From an uncultured Gemmatimonadales bacterium (lineage in GTDB: Bacteria > Gemmatimonadota > Gemmatimonadetes > Gemmatimonadales > GWC2-71-9): a DNA stretch of 64,000 bases. The position numbers and the translations under genes were made by a program. The notes under the pieces are model-generated. The model was not told where the DNA came from and did not search any database. It was given only the letters and a program-made list of their open reading frames with translations. The stretch is taken from contig CAVSQW010000005.1 in NCBI GenBank assembly GCA_963730185.1, positions 64,001 through 128,000 on the forward strand, given 5' to 3'. Positions 40,127 to 49,417 of the stretch are shown here, piece by piece. Position 1 is the stretch's first letter, and the number at the start of each line of letters is the position of its first letter.

Positions 40127-41242
40127 TTGTCCTTGCCCCTCGGCCGGCCCGGCCGCGGTTCCCGCCTGACCCGCTGCTGGTGGCTCCCGCTGGCCTTGTT
40201 GGCTGCGTGCCGGGCCGGTGGCACCGAAGCCGCCCTGCGGCAGGTGCTCGCCGAGGAACGCCAGGCTCACCTCGACACCGACGCCGACCTCCTCGCCTCG
40301 AACCTCGCGGACACCCTCGTCGCGATCGACGCCGGGACGATCGCCCCCGAGCCGCGAGGCCGGGTTCGCGACCAGTTCCGGCGTTACTTCGCTGGAGCGC
40401 GGTACCTGACCTGGGACGACGAACGGGATCCCGTGATCCGAGTCGCGCCGGGCGGCGAGCTGGCCTGGGTGGCGCGGCGGGTTCGGATCGCTCGAGATGA
40501 GCCCGCGCTGGGCGGGGGCACCCGCCGGCGGGCCCTGGTCGGCGCCTGGAGCGCTACCTACGCCTGGCGGGCGGGTCGCTGGCAGATGACCTCCGTGACA
40601 TCCACCTTCCTCCCCGACTCCCCGGCCGACCGGATCCTGGCCGCGGCGCAACGCGCCCTTGGACCGGCGGCGCTCGACCACCTCGAGGGCGTACGGGCGA
40701 CCGCCGCCGCGTCCGGCCCGGGGACGACGTTCCGGGTCACCGTCACCTCGCGGCGGTCGGGCGAGGCCCGGGTCGACTTCTCGACCGGCTTCTCGGCGGG
40801 GATCGGCGCGCACCACCGCTGGAGCAGAACCGGCGACTCGACCGGGCCGCTCTCGCCCGCCATGGAGACCTTCCTTCGCGGCCACGAGATCCACCTCACC
40901 CTCCTGCTCCCCGAGAGTCGCTATCCGGCGCTCGCCTTCGGCGGCCGAGTGCGGCTCGACGGCCGGGAGGTCCTCTCCCTGGTGGGCGCCGACGCACTGG
41001 GCGGACGAGTGGAGCTCTTCTACGCCCCGGACGACACCCTGCCGGTCGGCTACCGGGTCCTCGACCAGGCCCGGCCGGCGCGCGGACCCGTTACCCTGAC
41101 CGTGGGCGACTGGGAGCCACGGGACGGACTTCGCCTCTTCACCACCGCGCAATTCCGCCAGGGCGGCGAGGTCTTCCGCTACCAGTTCACCGACGTCCAG
41201 CTCGACCCGCCGGTCGCCGATTCCCTGTTCGACGCTCCGTAG
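40127..41242 (+). CDS. Lipoprotein with NTF2/SnoaL-like (DUF4440) domain plus a C-terminal beta-rich domain; start uncertain
   Basis: Lipobox LAAC; NTF2-like pattern ending GRWQMTS; C-terminus VQLDPPVADSLF resembles LolA-like folds. Confidence 0.6.
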   Translation: MSLPLGRPGRGSRLTRCWWLPLALLAACRAGGTEAALRQVLAEERQAHLDTDADLLASNLADTLVAIDAGTIAPEPRGRVRDQFRRYFAGARYLTWDDERDPVIRVAPGGELAWVARRVRIARDEPALGGGTRRRALVGAWSATYAWRAGRWQMTSVTSTFLPDSPADRILAAAQRALGPAALDHLEGVRATAAASGPGTTFRVTVTSRRSGEARVDFSTGFSAGIGAHHRWSRTGDSTGPLSPAMETFLRGHEIHLTLLLPESRYPALAFGGRVRLDGREVLSLVGADALGGRVELFYAPDDTLPVGYRVLDQARPARGPVTLTVGDWEPRDGLRLFTTAQFRQGGEVFRYQFTDVQLDPPVADSLFDAP

Positions 41243-41269
41243 GGCAGGCGCCGCCCGGACCAGGGCCGC

Positions 41270-42181
41270 CTAACGAACGCGCATGCCTCGGGCTGGATCC
41301 CAGTGGAGGGCTTGGGGATTCCGGGGCAGCGGCGCCCCGCTCGCCTGGTCGATGGTGACGCCGTTGGGGGTGTCGGGCGGACAGATCGCGATGTAACGGG
41401 CGTAGCCGCCTACGCCGCCCTGGAGCTTGGGATAGCCGATCGAGACCAGGCACCCGGTGGGTGGCACCTGATCCAGGTTGGCGACCCCTTCGGCCTGGGT
41501 ATACCCGTGATGCATCAGCCAGGACTCGCCCTCGAGCGTCGCGGTGGTGTCGGTGTCGAGCGGCTCGTGACCATGCATCAGGATCTTCCGCTGCTCATGG
41601 AGGAACTGGAGCGCCGCCAGGGAGACGCCAGGAAAGGGGCGCTCCTCGGCCAAGCCCGGCTCGGACCACCGCTTGGACCAGTCGGAGCGGACGAACACCA
41701 CGGAGCCCTCCGGGATCCGCCCGTGTCGGGCTTCGAAGGCCTCGATGTCGGCGACAGACAGGTGGTATCCCGGCGCCTTGACCAGCTGATCCACGATCGA
41801 GATCACCACCAACGGACGGACGGCGAAGGTGGCCGGCAGCTCGTCGATGGCGGGATAGTTCGGGTCCCAGTGGGCCGGCGGGTCGAGCTGGGTGCCCAGC
41901 TGATCGGTCGGGAGGAGGTAGCGGGTGGCGGCGAAGCCGTCCGCCTCGTAGGTGTACGGCGTCCCGGTCTTGGGGTTGACCGTCTGGCCAAAGGTCGGGT
42001 CGCCGAAGCCGGGCCAGACCGGAATGGTCGGCGTGATGGTGTGGGTCAGATCGAGGTAGCGGGCCTGACGAAAGGACTGCTGGTAGACGTCCCAGAGCGA
42101 CGCCGGCGCCGCGGACGGGGCCGCGCAGGCCGCCGTCAGGGTCGCCATCGCCGCCAGCGCCACCAGCCCGTGCTTGCTCAT
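41270..42181 (-). CDS. Cyclase-family (kynurenine formamidase-like) lipoprotein
   Basis: LDLTHT, QLGTQLDPPAH, FVRSDWS, FPG, LDTD, EGVANLD; lipobox TAAC. Confidence 0.88.
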   Translation of the reverse strand: MSKHGLVALAAMATLTAACAAPSAAPASLWDVYQQSFRQARYLDLTHTITPTIPVWPGFGDPTFGQTVNPKTGTPYTYEADGFAATRYLLPTDQLGTQLDPPAHWDPNYPAIDELPATFAVRPLVVISIVDQLVKAPGYHLSVADIEAFEARHGRIPEGSVVFVRSDWSKRWSEPGLAEERPFPGVSLAALQFLHEQRKILMHGHEPLDTDTTATLEGESWLMHHGYTQAEGVANLDQVPPTGCLVSIGYPKLQGGVGGYARYIAICPPDTPNGVTIDQASGAPLPRNPQALHWDPARGMRVR

Positions 42182-42297
42182 GCTGCCTCCTCGGGGTTCG
42201 GATGGTCCGTCATCCCCGATCTTCGGCGTTCGGGACCGGCCCCGCAACCACCAGGCCGACTCGTGATTCGAGGCGAACCGGGGAGATATTAGGACCG

Positions 42298-43032
42298 ATG
42301 ACCACGATCGACAGGGGGACCCGCTACGGCATCGTCGGCGACGGACAGCTCGCCCGGCACCTGACTCACTACTTCCGCGAATCGGGACTCGAGGTGGCCA
42401 CCTGGTCCCGGCGGGCCGAGCGTGACACCGGCAGCGCCCTCGGCGACGCGCTCGCCGGCGCCGGCGTGGTGCTGATCCTCATCAACGACGACGCCATCGT
42501 GCCGTTCGCCGCCGGGCACCCGGAGCTGGCGGACCGCACCCTGGTGCATTGCGCCGGGGCGCTGGTGACGAAGGACCTCATCGGGCTCCATCCGCTGATG
42601 ACCTTCGGGCCCACCCTCCTGTCGCTCGACGGCTATCGCGCGGTCCCCTTCGTCGGCGACCTGGGCCGTCCCGGGTTCCGCGATCTCTTTCCGGCCCTTC
42701 CCAACCCGTCGTACGCGATTCCGGTCGAGAAGAAGCCGATCTACCACGCCCTGGCCTCGCTGGCCGGCAACCTGACCCCGGTCCTCTGGGAGCGCTTCAT
42801 CGTGGTGCTGAGCGGCGAGCTCGGCCTCCCACCCGAGGTCGCGTCGCCGTACTTCGAGGCAGTGGTCACTCGGTGTCGCGGCCCGCTTCCCTTCGCCACC
42901 ACCGGCCCGATCGTCCGCGGCGACCGGGAGACCATCGCGCTCCATCTCCAAGCGCTCCGGCACGAGGCGCTCCGCCCCGTCTACGAGAGCTTCGTCCGGG
43001 CGCTCGGCCCCGAGCTGCTCGACCCCGAATGA
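42298..43032 (+). CDS. panG: Rossmann-like/DUF2520 protein, probable PanG-type ketopantoate reductase
   Basis: GDGQLA, DDAI, HCAGA, HPLMTF, YHA, TGPIVRGD; overlaps the panC start. Confidence 0.75.
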   Translation: MTTIDRGTRYGIVGDGQLARHLTHYFRESGLEVATWSRRAERDTGSALGDALAGAGVVLILINDDAIVPFAAGHPELADRTLVHCAGALVTKDLIGLHPLMTFGPTLLSLDGYRAVPFVGDLGRPGFRDLFPALPNPSYAIPVEKKPIYHALASLAGNLTPVLWERFIVVLSGELGLPPEVASPYFEAVVTRCRGPLPFATTGPIVRGDRETIALHLQALRHEALRPVYESFVRALGPELLDPE

Positions 43033-43796
43033 GTCTCGAGCCGATCACCTCACTCGAGCGCTGGGGCGCGCTTCGGGCGTCGCTCCGGCGCGAAGGACGG
43101 ACGCTGGGCTTCGTCCCGACCATGGGCGCGTTGCACGCCGGACACGAGTCGCTCTTCCGGCGGAGCGCCGCCGAGTGCGACGTCACCGCGGTCAGCATCT
43201 TCGTCAACCCGGCCCAATTCAACGACCCCGGCGACCTGGACGCCTATCCCCGAACGGTGGCGGCCGACTGCCGGCTGGCGGCGGCGGCCGGCGTCGATCA
43301 CGTCCTGGTACCCGCCCCCGGCGACGTCTATCCCGACGGCTACCGCTACCGGGTCACCGAGACGGAGCAGAGCCGGACCCTGGAGGGCGAGTTCCGACCG
43401 GGTCACTTCGACGGCGTTCTGACGGTGGTTCTCCGGCTGCTGCGGATCGTCCAGCCGGCCAGGGCCTACTTCGGGGAAAAGGATTGGCAGCAGTACGCCT
43501 TGGTGCGGGGGATGGCGGAGGCACTCTTCCTCGACGTCGAAATCGTCCCCTGCCCGATCGTCCGCGATCCGGACGGCGTAGCGCTCAGCTCCCGCAACGT
43601 CCGGTTGAACCCGGAGAGCCGGAGCCTGGCGGCCGAATTCGCGGCCCGGCTCGCTCGGGGCGGACCGCCCGATCGGATCCGCGCCGACCTCGAAGCCGGC
43701 GGGATCGAGGTGGAGTACGTGGCGGAATGGGACGGCCGCCGGCTGGCCGCGGTCGTCATCGGCGGCGTCCGCCTGATCGACAACCAGCCACTCTAG
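43029..43796 (+). CDS. panC: Pantoate-beta-alanine ligase
   Basis: VPTMGALHAGH, FVNPAQF, RPGHFDGV, FGEKDWQQ, ALSSRN, RLIDN. Confidence 0.96.
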   Translation: MSLEPITSLERWGALRASLRREGRTLGFVPTMGALHAGHESLFRRSAAECDVTAVSIFVNPAQFNDPGDLDAYPRTVAADCRLAAAAGVDHVLVPAPGDVYPDGYRYRVTETEQSRTLEGEFRPGHFDGVLTVVLRLLRIVQPARAYFGEKDWQQYALVRGMAEALFLDVEIVPCPIVRDPDGVALSSRNVRLNPESRSLAAEFAARLARGGPPDRIRADLEAGGIEVEYVAEWDGRRLAAVVIGGVRLIDNQPL

Positions 43797-43808
43797 ACGG
43801 CGAAATCC

Positions 43809-43837
43809 TTGCGGGCGACCGGCCTGCGGGGTAGCGT
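43809..43837 (+). promoter_or_regulatory. Candidate sigma70 promoter of the radical SAM gene, nested in an inverted repeat
   Basis: TTGCGG-N17-TAGCGT. Confidence 0.45.
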
Positions 43838-43975
43838 TGGGTCTGGGGATCCCGCCGTCTAGCATCACCCTGGGCGCCGCGGCCGCCCGCCTTTATTCCT
43901 GAGTGATTGCCGGTGTTTTCGGAATCCCCGAACCCGGACGCTTGCCGAGCACTACTCGCAGGGCCTGGAGCCTCA

Positions 43976-45571
43976 ATGCGTCGCTTGCGGATCGCCATCC
44001 TCGATCTCGTGACCAAGCGCCCCCATCCGGGGCTCTACGGCCGCCTCATGAACGCCAACCTGGCGAGCATCATGCCGCAGATGATCGGCGTCTGGTGCGA
44101 GGAAGCCGGCCACGACGTCACGTTCGTCTGTTACACGGGGATCGAGGATCTCACCGCCGAGCTGCCCAAGGACATCGACCTCCTCTTTATCGGGGCGTTC
44201 ACCCAGAGCGCCTTCCTGGCCTACGCTCTCAGCAACATGTTCCGCCAGCGGGGCACCGTCACGGTGCTCGGCGGACCGCACGCCCGGTGCTACCCAGAGG
44301 ATGCCCAGAAGCACTTCGACTATGTCCTCGGCTTCACCGACCGGAACACCATCGACGAGGTGTTGAAGGACTGCTCACCCCACCGGCCGATGGGCGTCAC
44401 GCTGTCGGCGCCCCGTCAGCCGGAGACGCTGCCCACGTTGGCGTCGCGGTGGAAGTTCGTCGAGTCCACCCTCGCCAAGGCGCCGACCATCAAGATCGTG
44501 GGCATGATCGGCAGCCTGGGCTGCCCGTACACCTGCTCGTTCTGCATCGACTCGACGGTCGAGTACCAGCCGCTGGCGTTCGATCAGCTCACCGACGACC
44601 TCAAGTTCCTGTTGACCAAGTACCGACGCCCGATCGTGGGGTGGCACGATCCCAATTTCGGGGTCCGGTTCGAGGACTACATGAACGCCATCGAGGCGGC
44701 CGGCGCCCCGGGCCGGATGCGCCATATCGCCGAGAGCAGTCTGTCGCTGCTGTCCGAGCCGCACCTCAAACGACTCAAGGCCAACGGCTTCGGCGCCGCC
44801 CTGCCGGGCATCGAGTCGTGGTACGACATGGGCAACAAGTCCAAGACTCGCCGGACCGGTCTCGACAAGGTCAAGCAGGTCTCGGATCATGTGAACCTGG
44901 TCCTCCGATACATCCCCTACGTGCAGACCAACTTCGTGCTGGGGATGGACACCGACGAGGGCTCCGAGCCGTTCGAGCTCACCAAGAAGTTCCTGGACCT
45001 GACCCCGGGTGCCTTCCCGGCGTACTCCCTGCTGTCGGCCTTCGGACGGGCGGCGCCGCTCAATCTGGACTACCAGCGAGCGGGACGGGTCCTTCCGTTC
45101 CCGTTCCACTTCCTGAACAACAACCACGCGATGAACGTCACGCCGCTCAACTACTCCTGGCCTCAGTTCTACGACGAGGTGGTGAGCCTGAGCCGGTACT
45201 CGTTCTCCTGGCGGGCCATCGGCCGACGGTTCGCGGCCACGCCGGCCGTCATCCCCCGCGGCATGAACGTGGTTCGGGCGGTCTCGTCGGAGGGCTTCGG
45301 TCGGATCAAGTACCACACCCAGATGCGCCGACTGCTCGACGAGGATCGCGACGTCCGGGCCTACATGGAGGGCGAGACCGAAGTCCTGCCGGCGTTCTAT
45401 CACGACAAGATCCGGCGCGACCTCGGGCCACTGTACCACTTCCTGCCCGAGGGCGCGATCTATCACGACCAGAACGCCTACCTCAAGGCCCATGAGGCCG
45501 GCACCGCGGCGGCTCCCCCGGCGGCCCTGGGGCGACGGCCGAACCGGCCGACCATCGCCGCCTCGAACTGA
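43976..45571 (+). CDS. B12-binding-domain radical SAM protein
   Basis: VLGGPHA B12-binding-type motif, GCPYTCSFC, DPNF, GIES, FVLGMD. Confidence 0.85.
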   Translation: MRRLRIAILDLVTKRPHPGLYGRLMNANLASIMPQMIGVWCEEAGHDVTFVCYTGIEDLTAELPKDIDLLFIGAFTQSAFLAYALSNMFRQRGTVTVLGGPHARCYPEDAQKHFDYVLGFTDRNTIDEVLKDCSPHRPMGVTLSAPRQPETLPTLASRWKFVESTLAKAPTIKIVGMIGSLGCPYTCSFCIDSTVEYQPLAFDQLTDDLKFLLTKYRRPIVGWHDPNFGVRFEDYMNAIEAAGAPGRMRHIAESSLSLLSEPHLKRLKANGFGAALPGIESWYDMGNKSKTRRTGLDKVKQVSDHVNLVLRYIPYVQTNFVLGMDTDEGSEPFELTKKFLDLTPGAFPAYSLLSAFGRAAPLNLDYQRAGRVLPFPFHFLNNNHAMNVTPLNYSWPQFYDEVVSLSRYSFSWRAIGRRFAATPAVIPRGMNVVRAVSSEGFGRIKYHTQMRRLLDEDRDVRAYMEGETEVLPAFYHDKIRRDLGPLYHFLPEGAIYHDQNAYLKAHEAGTAAAPPAALGRRPNRPTIAASN

Positions 45572-45791
45572 ATCGGGCGGGACCCTGCAGACCGCGATCG
45601 CGTTCCGCGATCCCCATCGGCCGCCCCCGGGCGGCCGATCTCGTTGTGGGGCCAGCAGGTGGAGCGTCCCAGCCGCCTCGCCGGCATCAACCGGCCCGGG
45701 ATTTGCCGTTTCCGCTCCGCTCGACGCCAATCGGCAACGGAAACTGCACCGGCGGTGCCCGAAAGCGGCCCGCGCCCTGGGGAGCCCGCTC

Positions 45792-46892
45792 GTGACGGTA
45801 GTCCAGACCTTCAATGCCGTGCTCAAGAAGGCCATCGAGGTCGACGCGTCGGACATCCACGTCTGCGCCGGCGGGCCGTTCCGGCTCCGGATCCGAGGCC
45901 AGATCATCGCCGTGACCGGCACCGAGACCCTCACGCCGGACGACACCCTGCAGATCGCCCGAGAGATCCTGGTCGCCGCCAAGCGGGCGACGAACGAGAC
46001 CGTCGAAGAGGCTCTCCGCAAGCTCCGCGACCTGGACTGCTCCTATTCCCTCCCCGGTGTCGGGCGGTTTCGAGTGAACCTCGGCAGCCAGCGAGGATCG
46101 ATCGCCGCGGTCCTCCGGCACATTCCGCTCACCATCCCGACGTTCGACCAGCTGGGGCTGCCCGAGATCCTCGAGACGATCACCTTCGAGGAGCGGGGCC
46201 TGGTACTGGTCACCGGGGTGACCGGCAGCGGCAAGTCGTCCACCCTGGCCTCGATGGTCTCGTTCCTGAACCGGAACAAGGCCGTGAAGGTGGTGACGAT
46301 CGAGGATCCGATCGAGTTCCTGCACCGGGACGACAAGTCGATCATCACCCAGCGGGAGCTGGGCGGCGACACCGACAGCTTCGGCACCGCGCTCCGGGCC
46401 GGCCTCCGGCAGGACCCCGACGTGATCATGGTCGGGGAGATGCGCGATCAGGAGACTATCGACATCGCCTTGAAGGCCGCCGAGACCGGCCACCTGGTAT
46501 TCAGCACCGTGCACACGACCGACGCCATCAAGACCATTTCACGGCTGGTCAGCGTGTTCGAGCCCGCCGAGCAGCCCTCGATCCGGCTCCGCCTGGCCGA
46601 GAACTTGAGAGGCGTGGTGTCGCAACGGCTCCTGCCCAAGCAGGACGGCACCGGCCGGGTCGTGGCCGTCGAGATCCTCCGGCACACCGCCACGATCGAG
46701 GACTGCATCGCCAACCCGGAGATGACGCCGACCCTCAAGGACCATATCGTCGAGGGAAGGACCCAGTACGGCATGCAGACCTTCGACCAGCACCTGACCG
46801 ACCTCTACCGGCGCGATCTGATCTCCCTCGAGGTAGCCCGGGGGGCGGCCACCAGCCCCGCCGACTTCGTCCGGAATCTGGAATTCGTCTGA
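45792..46892 (+). CDS. pilT: PilT/PilU-family type IV pilus retraction ATPase
   Basis: ASDIH, GRFRVN, GVTGSGKSST, TIEDPIE, LRQDPDVIMVGEMRD, AETGHLV.STVHT, GMQTFD. Confidence 0.92.
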   Translation: MTVVQTFNAVLKKAIEVDASDIHVCAGGPFRLRIRGQIIAVTGTETLTPDDTLQIAREILVAAKRATNETVEEALRKLRDLDCSYSLPGVGRFRVNLGSQRGSIAAVLRHIPLTIPTFDQLGLPEILETITFEERGLVLVTGVTGSGKSSTLASMVSFLNRNKAVKVVTIEDPIEFLHRDDKSIITQRELGGDTDSFGTALRAGLRQDPDVIMVGEMRDQETIDIALKAAETGHLVFSTVHTTDAIKTISRLVSVFEPAEQPSIRLRLAENLRGVVSQRLLPKQDGTGRVVAVEILRHTATIEDCIANPEMTPTLKDHIVEGRTQYGMQTFDQHLTDLYRRDLISLEVARGAATSPADFVRNLEFV

Positions 46893-47033
46893 CCCAACCC
46901 GCCGGGCCGCTCTGAAACAGCCGGCCGGGCCCGGGCCGTACGGTTCTCCACAACCTCAGCGCCGCCAGCCCCACGCCCTCGCGTCCGAGCGCGTCACCAT
47001 CCCGGGCCGACGGACCCATTTCGGAGGGCTCCG

Positions 47034-47615
47034 ATGCTCAACGCTCGCGCTCGTGCCGGTCGTCTCCTGCTCGCTCTGGCCGCTTTGGCCGTGGGCGCTG
47101 CTCCACTCGCCGCTCAGGCCCAGAGCTCCGCGGAGCTCCGGGCTCAATACGTCAAGGACATCGAGAACCTGGGATCGAAGTTCGCCGATCTGGCCGGTGC
47201 CATGGGGGCGGACACCTACACCTGGCGGCCGATGGAGGGGGTCCGCTCGGTGAGCGAGGTCTACATGCTCGTGGCCGCCGAGAGCTACCTGGTCCCCGGC
47301 TTCTGGAACGCCACCCCGCCCGAAGGCGTCACCCCGGGCCCCGCCGCGTTCGGCACGCTGTCCAAGATCAGCGACAAGGGCGAGGTCGTGGGTCACGTCA
47401 AAAAGTCGTTCGACTACTTCAAGGGCGTCGTGGCGGGGCTGAGCGACGAGCAGATGGGGTCGAGCGTCAAGTTCTTCGGCCGGGAAGGCAGCGTGTCCGA
47501 CGCGCTCTATGCCATCCTGAGCGACATGCACGAGCACCTCGGTCAGGCGATCGCCTACGCCCGGATGAACAAGGTCGTGCCGCCCTGGACCGCTCGGCGG
47601 CAGCAGAAGGGATGA
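47034..47615 (+). CDS. Exported DinB-family protein
   Basis: Sec signal, YTWRPMEGVRSVSE, HEHLGQAIAYARMN.VVPPW. Confidence 0.85.
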   Translation: MLNARARAGRLLLALAALAVGAAPLAAQAQSSAELRAQYVKDIENLGSKFADLAGAMGADTYTWRPMEGVRSVSEVYMLVAAESYLVPGFWNATPPEGVTPGPAAFGTLSKISDKGEVVGHVKKSFDYFKGVVAGLSDEQMGSSVKFFGREGSVSDALYAILSDMHEHLGQAIAYARMNKVVPPWTARRQQKG

Positions 47616-47622
47616 CCCCGGG

Positions 47623-48072
47623 TCAGGCGGGCGCCGGACCGCTGGTCCGGCGCCACCGCTCGAGCTCCTGCCGATAGGCCGTCGGCAATTCTTCGCGCTC
47701 CGCCGACGCCAGGATGTCTTCCAGATATCCCGGGTTCGGAACGCCGGCCGTCGGATCGGTCGCCTGGTAGATCATCGCTACGCACGGCTCCCCGCCGAGG
47801 GGCCGGATCTCCGGCTCCGCCTTGAGGTAGAGGCCATCGTCCATCCCCTCGAACCCGTCCAGCTCCACCTCGTCGGCTTCGCTGATCTCCCAAAGCAGCC
47901 CGTGCACCACCGCCTCCGGTTCGGGAGTCACCGTCGCGTACCCGCACCGGGCGATCCCGAAGCGGTACCCCGGCAGCACGGCCCGGCCCAGGAACCGCGC
48001 CGACGGACAGCGGGCCCTGAAGGAGGCCCGGTTCATATTGGCGCCGTAGGCAAAACACGGCCGTCTGCTCAT
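47623..48072 (-). CDS. Gamma-glutamylcyclotransferase-family protein
   Basis: FAYGANM, RCP, VHGLLWEI, LDGFEG, PNPGYL. Confidence 0.88.
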   Translation of the reverse strand: MSRRPCFAYGANMNRASFRARCPSARFLGRAVLPGYRFGIARCGYATVTPEPEAVVHGLLWEISEADEVELDGFEGMDDGLYLKAEPEIRPLGGEPCVAMIYQATDPTAGVPNPGYLEDILASAEREELPTAYRQELERWRRTSGPAPA

Positions 48073-48680
48073 CGCTGGCTCCGATCGGCGGTGGACCTCG
48101 GAAGGTAGGGCCGGAGCGCCACGTCCACCGCCCCATCCAGGCGTTCCCGGGCGGTGCCGATCCGATCGATGGCCCACCGGAGCAGCGTGCCGGTCGCGAG
48201 GGTCAGCAACACGGGCGACAGGGCCGGCGGATCGCACGGAGTCAGCTCGCCCTGGTCCACCGCTTGGCGGAGCAGCCCGGCGATGGTCGCCTCCTGATCG
48301 CGCAGCAGCTGATCGGCGAGCGGGCGGAGCGCGGGATCGCTCACGTCCTGATGGAAGAAGGCCAGGTGGTTCGCCATCTCCTCCGGCGTGGCCGCCATGG
48401 CGGCAAAGCAACCGAGGTAGGCCCTGAGGGTGGCGAGGGGACCTTCGTGCCTGGCCCTGAGGCCGGCGACGAGGGCCTCGTCGCCCCCCAAGCTGCTCCG
48501 AGCAAACGCGATGAACAGCTCGCGCTTGGACCCGAAGCGCTGCACCAGGGTGGCCGGCGCCAACCCCACCTCGTTGGCGACCCGACCAAGGGTGAGCTTG
48601 GTCGGCCCCGCGCGGGCACCCACGCGGGCCACCGCGGCGAAGATGGCGGCGTCATCGACGGTGCGGGGGCGGGGGGACAC
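48069..48680 (-). CDS. TetR-family transcriptional regulator
   Basis: PRPRTVDD, LTLGRVANEVGLAPATLVQRFGSKREL HTH. Confidence 0.92.
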   Translation of the reverse strand: MSPRPRTVDDAAIFAAVARVGARAGPTKLTLGRVANEVGLAPATLVQRFGSKRELFIAFARSSLGGDEALVAGLRARHEGPLATLRAYLGCFAAMAATPEEMANHLAFFHQDVSDPALRPLADQLLRDQEATIAGLLRQAVDQGELTPCDPPALSPVLLTLATGTLLRWAIDRIGTARERLDGAVDVALRPYLPRSTADRSQR

Positions 48681-48710
48681 TTGCGGCTCCGGAGAGGGCG
48701 AATCAGATTA

Positions 48711-48728
48711 TAACCGAACATTCGTTTA
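48711..48728. promoter_or_regulatory. Probable TetR operator
   Basis: TAACCGAA-CA-TTCGTTTA dyad (1 mismatch) in the AT-rich spacer between the divergent tetR and SDR genes. Confidence 0.65.
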
Positions 48729-48756
48729 CATACAATCAAGACTGGAAAAGGTCGTC

Positions 48757-49290
48757 ATGGGAACCCTCACCGGGAAGGTCGCCGTCGTCGCCGGAGCCAC
48801 CCGGGGTGCTGGTCGAGGCATTGCCCGGGGGCTCGGCGAGGCCGGCGCCACGGTGTACTGCACCGGTCGAAGCACCAAGGGGCAACCCTCGCCCTACCAG
48901 CGGCCGGAAACGATCGAGGAAACCGCGGAGATGGTCACAGCCATCGGCGGCACCGGTATCGCCGTGAAGGTGGATCACGGTCAGGAGGCCGAGGTCGAGG
49001 CGTTGTTCCAGCGGGTCGAGGCGGAGCAGGGCCGGCTGGACCTGCTGGTCAACTCGATCGCCGGCGAGGATCCGCTGCTCGGCGGCTGGACCTCCCTCTG
49101 GGAGACCGATCTCGGCCAAGGCGCCGAGGCGCTCCGGAACACCATTCTCACCCACGTCATCACCGCGAAACACGCCGCTCGGCTGATGATGAAGCAGGGT
49201 AGAGGTCTGATCGTCGAGGTCACCGAGCACGACCTGCTGGGCGGCGGCGGCAACGTGCTGGGCGACCTGGCAAAGGCGTCGAAACCGATC
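48757..49290 (+). pseudogene. Short-chain dehydrogenase/reductase, 3'-truncated
   Basis: GATRGAGRGIA, YCTGRS, ETIEETAE, LDLLVN, LIVEVT. SDR-like sequence stops after DLAKAS (about 175 aa); the frame then runs through non-homologous sequence to 49557. Confidence 0.7.
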
Positions 49291-49417
49291 AACGGCGTGA
49301 CCCCTCGCGGGCTGGACGGGCCGGGATCACGGGCAGGTCACGGTCCCGGACTAGTGTGGGGATGGATCGCGGCGCCATTCCGGACCCCGATCCAGTCGCG
49401 AACCGCCGGAGCGCACC

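Noticed and set aside
43838..43975. Cobalamin riboswitch ahead of the B12 radical SAM gene
   Set aside because: I could not find the conserved B12-box or core motifs in the leader.
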